Source of the DNA: a virus
DNA length: 64,000 nt
Reading direction: 5' to 3' (one strand)
IMG/VR virus record: IMGVR_UViG_3300044846_000719
Coordinates: 1 to 64,000 of that record
Of this stretch, positions 20,946 through 29,740 are shown in pieces. The notes under the pieces were generated by a model, which saw only the letters and a list, made by a program, of their open reading frames with translations, did not search any database and was not told the origin of the DNA. The stretch's first letter is position 1. Each line of letters starts with the position of its first letter. The position numbers were made by a program, and so were the translations under genes.

Positions 20946-22928
20946 ATGAAAAGACATTGGGTAATGGATATAGAAACCATAACAGATTTCTTCTGTGCTG
21001 TATTTGAGCACTATAAAGAAGAGGAGGTCACAGAGTTTATTATATCCTTTAATCAGAATGAAATTACAGGCTTAGTAGATTTTATTAATGAGAACATCAA
21101 GAGTGATGAATGGCACATTAGTTTTAATGGTTTAGATTTTGATGCTCAGGTTGTACAGTATATTCTAGATCATTCTAGTGAGTTACTTGCTATGACTGCT
21201 GCAGAAATTACGGCTAAACTATACAAAGTAGCGCAGGATATTATCTACAGAAAGAACAATGGCGAGTTTGCGTTGTATAGTCACAAGCAGTTAAAGATCA
21301 AACAAATAGATTTATTTAAACTTAATCACTGGGATAACCCGGCCAAGAGTTCTAGTCTTAAGTGGTTAGAGTATACTCTAGATTGGCACAATGTAGAAGA
21401 GATGCCTATACATCATAGTGATATAATAGATACCATTGAGAAACAAGAGATGGTAGTAAGCTATTGTAGGAATGATGTTAAGTTCACCAAGAAGATTATG
21501 GATTATAGTAAATCCCAAATTGCTTTACGTGGTGCACTTACTAAAGAGTATGGTATTAACTTGTACAGTGCTAGTGAGCCAAGGATATCTAAAGAATTGT
21601 TTAAGTATTTCTTATCTAAAGCAACCGGTATTAGTAGTTATGAGCTAAATGGTTTACGTACTAACAGAACATCTATTAAGATTAATGATATCATACTAGA
21701 CTATGTAAAGTTTAAAACACCGGAACTACAAGCACTACTAGATAAGTTTAGAACAATTGAGTTAGATCCTAAAGAAACAAAAGGTGGCTTTGCTCATAGT
21801 GTAACTTATAAGGGTATGCAGACTGACTTTGGTCTAGGTGGTTTACATGGCGCACGCTCTGGTATATTTGAGGCTAAGAATGGTATGATTATTATGTCAT
21901 CTGACGTAGTTAGTTATTATCCTAATCTAGCTATCAAAAATAAATGGGCCCCGGCACATCTTCCTAAAGAAGAGTTCTGTGAACAGTATGAGTGGTTCTT
22001 TATAGAGCGTAAGAAGATCCCTAAGAAAGATCCAAAGAACTATGTATACAAGATCATCTTGAACAGTACTTATGGCCTTAGCAACGATAAGAATAGCTTC
22101 CTGTATGATCCTGAGTTTACTATGCGCATTACAGTTAATGGTCAACTGAGTCTATGTATGTTGTATGAGATGATAGCAGAGGGTATTCCCGGTGCTATTC
22201 CTATCATGCAGAATACAGATGGTCTAGAGATGATGATACCTGAAGAACATAAAGGACTGTATCTTAAGATATGTTCTGAATGGGAACAGATTACACAGTT
22301 ATCATTGGAACATGATCAGTATCAAAAGATGATTATAGGTGATGTAAACAACTACATTGGTATAAATACACATAGAGAAACTGATCAAGAGACTTTAGAA
22401 GAACTAAAGAAAGATGAGCCATACTATATTTATACCAACACTGGTTATTCTCCTGTAAAATGTAAAGGTAGATTTGAGTTTCACAACTTAGCATTACATA
22501 AAAATAAATCTTTCCTAATCATCAGGAAAGCTCTTTATAATTACTTTGTATTCAACCAGCCGGTAGATAAAACTATACTAGAGTCTAAGCATATTGTAGA
22601 CTTCTGTGGTGGTATTAAAGCTAAAGGTGAATGGAAACTTACAAGTAACTGTATGATAAAAGGGGTGCTCATAACTGATCCACTACAAAAGATTGTCCGG
22701 TATTATATTTCTAACAAGGGGTGCAAGATATTAAAGCGCCATAAAGATGGAAGAATAATACAGGTGGAATCTGGTAGATGGTTACAAACAACATTAAACA
22801 AACTAGATAAAAAAGATTGGGATGCATATGATATTAACTATGATTATTATATTAATAATGCCATACGTGAAATCATGAATGTATGCCCTGAAAAAATAGC
22901 ATATCAACAATTAGAGTTAAGCTTATGA
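20946..22928 (+). CDS. Family B DNA polymerase with 3'-5' exonuclease
   Basis: Exo motifs DIET, FNGLDFD, YCRND; polymerase motifs DVVSYYPN, KIILNSTYG, NTDG. Confidence 0.95.
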   Translation: MKRHWVMDIETITDFFCAVFEHYKEEEVTEFIISFNQNEITGLVDFINENIKSDEWHISFNGLDFDAQVVQYILDHSSELLAMTAAEITAKLYKVAQDIIYRKNNGEFALYSHKQLKIKQIDLFKLNHWDNPAKSSSLKWLEYTLDWHNVEEMPIHHSDIIDTIEKQEMVVSYCRNDVKFTKKIMDYSKSQIALRGALTKEYGINLYSASEPRISKELFKYFLSKATGISSYELNGLRTNRTSIKINDIILDYVKFKTPELQALLDKFRTIELDPKETKGGFAHSVTYKGMQTDFGLGGLHGARSGIFEAKNGMIIMSSDVVSYYPNLAIKNKWAPAHLPKEEFCEQYEWFFIERKKIPKKDPKNYVYKIILNSTYGLSNDKNSFLYDPEFTMRITVNGQLSLCMLYEMIAEGIPGAIPIMQNTDGLEMMIPEEHKGLYLKICSEWEQITQLSLEHDQYQKMIIGDVNNYIGINTHRETDQETLEELKKDEPYYIYTNTGYSPVKCKGRFEFHNLALHKNKSFLIIRKALYNYFVFNQPVDKTILESKHIVDFCGGIKAKGEWKLTSNCMIKGVLITDPLQKIVRYYISNKGCKILKRHKDGRIIQVESGRWLQTTLNKLDKKDWDAYDINYDYYINNAIREIMNVCPEKIAYQQLELSL

Positions 22929-23170
22929 TAAACATAGAAAAACAACCCGTACACAACACCTCGTTATATATACATAACGGAACATACATTACTAAATATC
23001 AGTGGGAGGATGAGCTGGAATTAACAGCTTATCCTTTTACCGCTACACTTAGAATAGATAAAGTCTTACAAAGCTTAACAGTGACCACGGTATGGTCTAA
23101 ACTAACACCCGTTAGTAGTGCTGAACTAGAGAAAGAGATTGAACATAAAATGATATACATGTATGCTTAA
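22925..23170 (+). CDS. Hypothetical protein
   Basis: Coupled 81-aa ORF. Confidence 0.6.
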   Translation: MINIEKQPVHNTSLYIHNGTYITKYQWEDELELTAYPFTATLRIDKVLQSLTVTTVWSKLTPVSSAELEKEIEHKMIYMYA

Positions 23171-23654
23171 TGTAATAGAAGATACCGAAATATTAAAAAT
23201 GCAGGTACACAATCTAAGCCTTAATTTAAAGAAAAAAGATCAGGAGCTTAGAAGATTAAGAGAGTCCCATAAGATCAACATATCAAATCTAAAAGCTCAC
23301 TATGCCAAACAACTATTAACACTACGTATGAAAAAAAGTAGTGCTAAAGGTTTACAGGAAATTGATGTGTTATATGATGTGATTGTTGGAGTTACTGGAG
23401 TAACTAAAGAAGAGATCCTTGGTCAATCTAGGAAACGTGATATAATGATCAGCAGGCAGATCTTATGTCATATCTTAAGGGAGTCAGGTAAATCACTTAA
23501 AGCAGTGGCAAAGTTAGTAAGAGATTCACATCACAGTACTATTATGCACTCTGTAGAGAAAGTAGAGGACTGGATTACTAATCCAAGTTATTTTAAAAAA
23601 GAATATAGAATATATAATCTTATTAAAAATAATTTTGATGCTATAGAATTATAA
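23163..23654 (+). CDS. Coiled coil plus DnaA domain IV-like HTH protein
   Basis: GVTKEEILGQSRKRDIMISRQI...SLKAVAK...HHSTIMHSVEKVE. Confidence 0.8.
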   Translation: MLNVIEDTEILKMQVHNLSLNLKKKDQELRRLRESHKINISNLKAHYAKQLLTLRMKKSSAKGLQEIDVLYDVIVGVTGVTKEEILGQSRKRDIMISRQILCHILRESGKSLKAVAKLVRDSHHSTIMHSVEKVEDWITNPSYFKKEYRIYNLIKNNFDAIEL

Positions 23655-23655
23655 T

Positions 23656-23663
23656 TATATTTG
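23656..23663 (+). promoter_or_regulatory. TAnnTTTG -7 element upstream of groES
   Basis: TATATTTG in the intergenic region. Confidence 0.65.
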
Positions 23664-23686
23664 CAAGTCTTCTAATTTTCATAGTT

Positions 23687-23739
23687 CTACTCAGATAGTG
23701 TATTAGGATCGGCCTGTTTTCTTAATACACGCTGAGTAG
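23687..23739 (+). promoter_or_regulatory. Long stem-loop in the groES 5' UTR
   Basis: CTACTCAG/CTGAGTAG outer stem plus GTGTATTAGGA/TCTTAATACAC inner stem (one G-U pair). Confidence 0.6.
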
Positions 23740-23755
23740 TTTAATTAAAACCAAC

Positions 23756-24043
23756 ATGAGCAACTTTAAAATAAGGGGTAAGAGAATCCTTCTCAGCAAA
23801 CCCCACAAGGAAAAAAGCAGTATTGAACTTACTGCACCACAACAAGCGGAAATTGACGCTGAATTAATGAAAAAATGGACTACTCTTGAGGTATTTGCTA
23901 TCGGTGAAGAAGTTACCGCTGTAAAACCTGGAGACAAAGTTTACATTCCTACATTTATCTTACAAAGTGCAGAAATCATTGAATTAGATGGTGATGGCAT
24001 TAAGATTATGGTAGGAGAACAAGATGTTGCCATTATCTGGTAA
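23756..24043 (+). CDS. groES: GroES/Cpn10-like co-chaperonin
   Basis: RGKRILL...EVFAIGEEV..VKPGDKV...EQDVAII; 95 aa. Confidence 0.85.
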   Translation: MSNFKIRGKRILLSKPHKEKSSIELTAPQQAEIDAELMKKWTTLEVFAIGEEVTAVKPGDKVYIPTFILQSAEIIELDGDGIKIMVGEQDVAIIW

Positions 24044-24070
24044 TAACAATAAAGAACTTGAACCCCTCTT

Positions 24071-24118
24071 GGGATAGTATCCCTTGACTGACCCTCCCCT
24101 AAAAAGGAGGGTTTCTTT
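24071..24118. terminator. Tandem hairpins at the convergence of the two gene arms
   Basis: GGGATAGTATCCC and ACCCTCC...GGAGGGT followed by T-rich tract. Confidence 0.65.
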
Positions 24119-24119
24119 A

Positions 24120-24788
24120 TTAATCTATGTAATATCTACTTATTTTATAATAAGATAATCCAGTAGATTCAGATGCTTCTTTCAAGCTTTTGTAAGTAAT
24201 ATTATTAATTGATATTTGTCTAGCATTAGAATTATTTGAACCTGTTCTTTTTTCAGACATTTTTAATTTTGTTTCTTGAGAGTGCTTACTTCCTTTTCTA
24301 TTAAAAGCTTTTTTATGTTCCTCAGACATATAATTTGATAATCCTTTATTCCATGCTTTATTTCCTAAGTTTTTTTCACTAATTATTTTTTTGATTTCGT
24401 TTGTATGAGTTTTTCCAAACATGGGATTTTTCTCTTTGGGATGACTTATTTTCTTTAAGTATTCTTGATATTCAGCAGTATCTTTTCTACCTATCCAAAC
24501 ATCTCCTCCAATTGATGTGTTTTTTAAGTTATAACTTAAAGAATCATTAGCAGCATCTGTTTCTATTAATATTGTTTCTTCATATTTTTTAAAATCAGGA
24601 CCTTGGTATAAAATTTCTCTTATAAATAAATTTAAACCATACTTTTTTAAAGCTTTTTTAATAAGAACCCCACTTGCAATATATCCATCGTCTATATCAC
24701 CAGCATGAGAACCTATATACCATTTATTATTTTGAGTATTTATCCATTTATAAACAAAACCAAGCTTATCTATTTCTATATTCATCAT
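24120..24788 (-). mobile_element. Free-standing GIY-YIG homing endonuclease (Seg-like) with NUMOD3 repeats
   Basis: GFVY...WYIGSH, YNLK, NPMFGKTHT and KHSQETKLKMS motifs. Confidence 0.9.
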
Positions 24789-25449
24789 ACTTTTTTAATA
24801 TAAGTTCTACAATAGAATGTCTATGATTTTGTTTTAGAGTTACTTTAGATAATCCCTCAACAGTTATCTCTGTTATAAATTTTAAACCAGATTGTTTCTT
24901 TTTAGGTAAATCTACTTGTGCAAGATCTCCGCACAAGACCATTTTAGAATTCTGTCCTAAACGACCTAGTAAAGCTTCCATTTGAGTATGAGTTAAATTT
25001 TGAACCTCATCTGCTATTACAAAAGTATTAACAAAAGTAATACCTCTAATATAACTCATAGGAAAAATTTCTATATTGCCTTCAGAGATTTCTTTATCTA
25101 TCTTCTCTTTACCGTAAAGAGCATAAAAGTTTTGATAGATGGGTTGAAGCCAAGGATCCATTTTTTGACTTATGTCTCCAGGAAGAAAACCTAAATCTTC
25201 TTCAGTTACTGTAGGTCTAGTTATTACTATTTTATCTACTTCTCTGTTAAAAAATAAATCTAAAGCAATTTGTGTAGCAGTAAGCGTTTTACCTGATCCT
25301 GCACTACCTAAAAGAATAGTAATAGGACTCTTTAAAATTATTCTCTTAGCTTCTTTTTGTTCTTCATTTAAATTAAGTTTAAAAGAGATAGGATTTTTAG
25401 GTTTTCTTTTTGCTTTGAAAACATCATCGTCATGTGAGTTTGCTATCAT
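24766..25449 (-). CDS. phoH: PhoH-like ATPase
   Basis: GSAGSGKT, ITRP, LGFLPG, YIRG, DEVQN and GDLAQ motifs. Confidence 0.95.
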   Translation of the reverse strand: MIANSHDDDVFKAKRKPKNPISFKLNLNEEQKEAKRIILKSPITILLGSAGSGKTLTATQIALDLFFNREVDKIVITRPTVTEEDLGFLPGDISQKMDPWLQPIYQNFYALYGKEKIDKEISEGNIEIFPMSYIRGITFVNTFVIADEVQNLTHTQMEALLGRLGQNSKMVLCGDLAQVDLPKKKQSGLKFITEITVEGLSKVTLKQNHRHSIVELILKKYDEYRNR

Positions 25450-25479
25450 AATAGGTATTACTTACAAAATACACAAAAA

Positions 25480-26013
25480 TCAGAAGTTTTTATGCATAAG
25501 GGATTCTTGGACTCCTGATTGTCCATGATATTTACTTCCTGTTTTTTTATCATAAGTCTCAAGAATTTTACCAGCAACACGCTGAAATTTAATCTGACAG
25601 ATTTTCATATTAGGATAAATACGTAATGGTTTAACCACACGCATCTCTAATACTAATGAGCCTACAAATCCGGAATCAATAAATCCTGCACAGATATGTA
25701 TATCTAATCCTAGTCTACCTAAACTAGACTTACCCATAACTGTAGCACAGATATCTTCCTTTACACCAATTGTTTCATTACAGGAGTAAAGATATAACTC
25801 ACCCGGTTGAAGAACATAACCATCTTCAGGAATCTCAAATTCCTCTACAGGGTTAGGTTTTCTACAATCAAGTGTATCCCCAATGTATACTTTACATGTA
25901 GGGTTTAATGTTAAATCCACAGAGTTTGGATTTAAATACTCACGTTTAAAAGGAGAGATAATGATCATACCTCTCTCGTGTTCTAATAAGATTTCAGAGT
26001 CTGCTAATACCAT
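25480..26013 (-). CDS. dcd: dCTP deaminase
   Basis: NPNSVDL, GKSSLGRLG, AGFIDSGF, LEM and KYHGQ motifs. Confidence 0.95.
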   Translation of the reverse strand: MVLADSEILLEHERGMIIISPFKREYLNPNSVDLTLNPTCKVYIGDTLDCRKPNPVEEFEIPEDGYVLQPGELYLYSCNETIGVKEDICATVMGKSSLGRLGLDIHICAGFIDSGFVGSLVLEMRVVKPLRIYPNMKICQIKFQRVAGKILETYDKKTGSKYHGQSGVQESLMHKNF

Positions 26014-26018
26014 AATGA

Positions 26019-26026
26019 CAAAGATA
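26019..26026 (-). promoter_or_regulatory. TAnnTTTG -7 element 5 nt before the dcd start
   Basis: Reverse complement reads TATCTTTG-TCATT-ATG. Confidence 0.65.
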
Positions 26027-26033
26027 AGAATTA

Positions 26034-26180
26034 TTATCTACCTTGTCCACGATATTTTGATTCAGGAGTAGCTTTTGGTCCAACGGACTTATGTGCTTTA
26101 CCCTTCTTTTTACTTTTACTAGGAGCTAAAGTTTTTGCTGAAACTGAACTACCTTTCTTTGGTTTTGCTGCTGGTGCCAT
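26034..26180 (-). CDS. Small highly basic protein (48 aa), not in ORF track
   Basis: MAPAAKPKKGSSVSAKTLAPSKVKKKGKAHKSVGPKATPESKYRGQGR; fills the gap between the cassette and dcd. Confidence 0.7.
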   Translation of the reverse strand: MAPAAKPKKGSSVSAKTLAPSKSKKKGKAHKSVGPKATPESKYRGQGR

Positions 26181-26622
26181 ATATATAATATACTGCATTT
26201 TTTAAAGAATGCTGCATAGTCTTATAGAAAAGCTTTTTGTTATGTGGTATTAGTCCTACTTCTAAGAACATAGCATTTAAATACATAGTCTTAGAATTTT
26301 CACCAGTGTAAGTTTTTCCATCAATAGTAACTTTAGTAACTATAATATATTTACGTTGTAAGAACTGCATACCTACAATATTTAATACTTGTTCAGGTAT
26401 TGCAATTGATACAATTTCACCGGTAATAATACTACCTGAATCACAGAGAGAGTACTTATCGGCAATAAGTTCCTCTAAAGTTGCTTTAGCTCCAAACTCC
26501 ACAGCTCTATCAGCTATGTATTTTATTGAAGATGAGTTAGTTACAGTGTCAACCTTGTAACATTGAGCGCTTAAATTGGCCATAATAGTAACGCCAAAGA
26601 TTAGTATAAATAGTTTTTTCAT
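26149..26622 (-). CDS. Exported protein of unknown function
   Basis: Sec signal peptide ending LSA|Q; two Cys. Confidence 0.7.
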   Translation of the reverse strand: MKKLFILIFGVTIMANLSAQCYKVDTVTNSSSIKYIADRAVEFGAKATLEELIADKYSLCDSGSIITGEIVSIAIPEQVLNIVGMQFLQRKYIIVTKVTIDGKTYTGENSKTMYLNAMFLEVGLIPHNKKLFYKTMQHSLKNAVYYIYGTSSKTKER

Positions 26623-26624
26623 GA

Positions 26625-27608
26625 TTAATAAGTTACTGCTCCAGCATAACCAGGAGCTATTATATATAGATTTAAAGTTTGTCCGGTAGTTAAGGTACCT
26701 GTTGTGTACGTACTAACACCTGGATAAGTTATACGTACATTAGTGGTTGCTGCTTTGATAGCATTGTATTCTGTTAAAGTAAAGATACGTACATCAGGAG
26801 CTATTCTCCACTTAGAAAACCTTCCGGCTTTTCTTGCAGCTACATAATACTTATCTGCCACAGATATTATTTTGTCATCATTGACATCAAACATATGGAA
26901 AGATAAACCATTTCTATTAGTCTTATTTAAAACTACATTACTTACTGCTTGAATATCTGTATTAGTGTAGGCTTGAATTCTAGTAGGGGCATTTACTTCT
27001 ATATAATATTCTTTAGAAGGATCATAAGCTTCTGATATAGAATAATATCCTGCTGAGTTAGTATAGATTGTTTTGTAGAGAGCCCAAGAAGAAGTTGTAA
27101 CTAAATACTCAAACTCTAGTACGTAAGCTAGATTATTATTATTGTTTAGGTCATTCCATCTACCATTAGATACAAACTGTACATAGTCTTCATTACCTGA
27201 GTTGTTAGGTTCCCCAGAGTTCCAGTTCTTATAAGAATAAGTCTCTCCTGTCACCCATCTCCAAGTTCCTTCTGTTACCTCATCAGTTAAACCAATCCAA
27301 CCAGAAGGCCATAAAGCGTATAGGAAATTTTGTTCACCTGAACTTGTAATGGTTACTAAGTGACCACCCATATTAGAACAGTTAGTTCTAGCTGTAGTCC
27401 AAGTAGCACTACCTGTAGAACGGTAATAAGAGTGTCCTCCATAGTTCTGTTGATTAGTGAATCCTGTAATGGTTTGGTTTGTTCTTCTGTAGAGCTTTAT
27501 AGCAACGTTAGAAGCACCGGAACCATTTGCATTATACATGTATCCAGAATAAGTAAACTGTGCACTTAGACTATTAGTAATAAATAATATAAGGATAAGC
27601 CATCTCAT
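26625..27608 (-). CDS. Exported C-type lectin with dockerin-like module
   Basis: Signal peptide LSA|Q; C..MGGHLVTI, WIGL, EPN and WND lectin motifs; DVNDDKIISVAD Ca-binding loop. Confidence 0.88.
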   Translation of the reverse strand: MRWLILILFITNSLSAQFTYSGYMYNANGSGASNVAIKLYRRTNQTITGFTNQQNYGGHSYYRSTGSATWTTARTNCSNMGGHLVTITSSGEQNFLYALWPSGWIGLTDEVTEGTWRWVTGETYSYKNWNSGEPNNSGNEDYVQFVSNGRWNDLNNNNNLAYVLEFEYLVTTSSWALYKTIYTNSAGYYSISEAYDPSKEYYIEVNAPTRIQAYTNTDIQAVSNVVLNKTNRNGLSFHMFDVNDDKIISVADKYYVAARKAGRFSKWRIAPDVRIFTLTEYNAIKAATTNVRITYPGVSTYTTGTLTTGQTLNLYIIAPGYAGAVTY

Positions 27609-29053
27609 AGTAATAACTTAGCTCCCATCAATATTTGGAAGTTTAATATATCCTGATTAGCAACATAAGTACCACCACCTGTAATTCCTATACCAAATGT
27701 CTTTGTCATTTTGTATGTAAAGTTAAAGAAAGGAATTATAATTGGTTTAGCTTTGAATAAAGATTCTGTATAATATTTAGAATAGGGAGAATAAATACCA
27801 GCTGCAATTATTGTAGCATCTATATGCTTAGTGAGTTTTCCCTTATACATAAAACCACCTATAGCAATTGTAGAGATCATAGTCTCTCCATATAGTTTAC
27901 CATAAGTACCGGCACCCCCATAAAGTGCTGTAAAATTTTTAACTGAGTTTACTCTAACAAATAAAGCTGTGTTAGAGATTGCATTAGGCATCAGACTAAG
28001 ACCATCTGATATAACATTAATATGCTTCACTCCTTTTGAGTTAGTACCAATCCATGACTTTACACAAGATACATTTCCTATCTTAGCATTAATCATATAA
28101 TCTGCTGAAAAACCAATAGATGCGGTACCATCACCCTTTACCCTTGTAAAAGATGCAGTACCTCTAGCATCTTGAGAACCATCTGCTTTTGTTTGAATAC
28201 CAACTATATCCCCTGTAACCAGGATAGCGGGTTTGGCAACCTCAGCTTTTGCTTTGCCGGCTGCCTTTGCAGTACTAGAAGACTGAGTCTTTTGTGTCTC
28301 AGTCTTGGTCTCCTCTACTTGTTTGTCTGAGGGTTTTTCGGTTTGTACTTCCGTTTTTTCTTCGGTTTTACTACCGGAGGAACCACTACTTCCTGAGCCA
28401 CTACTACCACTGGAGCTTCCACTGCTATTGCTTCCTGAACTACTTCCGGAACTTGAGCCACTGGAGCTTCCGCCATCACTTCCTGGGCTGCTCGGATTAT
28501 TTTCTGAGCTTCCTGTTCCCTGAGTTGGTTCTCCTCCTTCCGGAGTTTTAGAATCTGGATTACTATTATTGCTACTAGTGCTACCAGGCCGATTACTACT
28601 ACTTGATCCATTATTTTCTTTATTAGTTGTTCCTACATTAGTACCTGACGAAGTGCTAGATCCAACATTTACTCCAACACTACTTATACTACCAACGTTT
28701 GAGATGGCCCCTAAATTCATAACACTACTTATGATATTTAGAGTTGTATTTGTAGTAGTTGTCGTAGTAGTAGTTGTAACTATACCTTGACAGGGTGATG
28801 TACTTTTGTATTTCAAATATACACTATTTATCCAATTATCAAAAGTTCCATCTTGTAATTCTGTATATGAAAATGTTTTGACTTGACCATAGTAAGCAAT
28901 TACTATAGGACTAGACATATTTGCGTTAATAAATTTTAACTCTTGCGTGCAAGGGTCTTGGTATTGGTATATAAACTGTTGTGCTGCAAGAGATTTGCAA
29001 ACTAAAAAAATTAAAATAAAAATAACTTTTAATGTTTTTGTCCAAGTTTCCAT
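27605..29053 (-). CDS. Exported protein with S/G/T low-complexity stalk and probable C-terminal outer-membrane beta-barrel
   Basis: Signal peptide LAA|Q; poly-Thr and SSGS repeats; about 200 C-terminal aa of alternating amphipathic strands. Confidence 0.65.
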   Translation of the reverse strand: METWTKTLKVIFILIFLVCKSLAAQQFIYQYQDPCTQELKFINANMSSPIVIAYYGQVKTFSYTELQDGTFDNWINSVYLKYKSTSPCQGIVTTTTTTTTTNTTLNIISSVMNLGAISNVGSISSVGVNVGSSTSSGTNVGTTNKENNGSSSSNRPGSTSSNNSNPDSKTPEGGEPTQGTGSSENNPSSPGSDGGSSSGSSSGSSSGSNSSGSSSGSSGSGSSGSSGSKTEEKTEVQTEKPSDKQVEETKTETQKTQSSSTAKAAGKAKAEVAKPAILVTGDIVGIQTKADGSQDARGTASFTRVKGDGTASIGFSADYMINAKIGNVSCVKSWIGTNSKGVKHINVISDGLSLMPNAISNTALFVRVNSVKNFTALYGGAGTYGKLYGETMISTIAIGGFMYKGKLTKHIDATIIAAGIYSPYSKYYTESLFKAKPIIIPFFNFTYKMTKTFGIGITGGGTYVANQDILNFQILMGAKLLL

Positions 29054-29670
29054 CCCTCTTTTAAATATTTTTCTATTTCTTCAGGTATGACTTTCTTTTT
29101 AATACCATCTTTACTTATATACTTTCTACCTAAACATACTGTTCTATTCCTAGTAGCATGTTCTATAGACACAGATTTTCCTTTTAATTTATTTTTTATT
29201 TTATCTTTTACTTCTTCTGATCTTTTTTTCCCATATATTGGATTATTGGAACCTTCCATCTTTTTTTTTAATTCTTCTTTTCTAGCTTTAACTTCTGTTT
29301 CAGAATACCAATTTTCATACTTCTTACCTTTTCTACCACTAGTTCTACCTTTACAAGACATAGATATTTTTTTCTTAGTCTCTTCTGTACGAGTAGAAGT
29401 ATTTCCATCTCCACCTAAAGTTAAATTTACTAATATTCCTCCATCTATCTTTCTTTTATATTGATTGATTAATTCTATTTCTTTCTTACATGCTTCTTCC
29501 CAAGTTAAATCCATATACAATATTTTTACTTGATATTCAGTTTTACTAACAATATGATTCCAATATCTATTCCTAGCATGTTTAGAATATGCTCTTCTTT
29601 CTGTTTTACCTATACCTATGTAAAACAATTCTTCTGTATCAAGTCTAGTATGTGAGTATACAATTGCCAT
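29029..29670 (-). mobile_element. Free-standing GIY-YIG/NUMOD3 homing endonuclease
   Basis: IVYSH...FYIGIG...RAY, EIELI, LVNLTLGGDG and NPIYGKKRSEE motifs. Confidence 0.9.
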
Positions 29671-29687
29671 AAATTTTTAACAGATAA

Positions 29688-29729
29688 AGCTCTGACCTTT
29701 TATGGACAGAGCTAGTATGCACAAAGCTA
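29688..29729 (-). promoter_or_regulatory. Promoter (TAGCTTTG) and 5' hairpin of the endonuclease gene
   Basis: -7 element at 29722..29729; AGCTCTG/CAGAGCT stem at 29688..29713. Confidence 0.6.
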
Positions 29730-29740
29730 ATAAAAATATT

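Noticed and set aside
10778-22928. Inteins or introns in DnaB, primase or DNA polymerase
   Set aside because: The proteins are of compact length with contiguous motifs.
25480-26013. dCTP deaminase as a sign of a uracil-substituted genome
   Set aside because: The phage encodes an intact-looking uracil-DNA glycosylase; supplying dTTP precursors to an AT-rich genome is the simpler explanation.
26625-27608. C-type lectin as a diversity-generating retroelement target
   Set aside because: No reverse transcriptase and no second near-copy (template repeat) is visible in the window; the lectin has canonical sugar-binding motifs.
28294-28790. Several overlapping alternative-frame ORFs
   Set aside because: By-products of the low-complexity Ser/Gly/Thr coding region.
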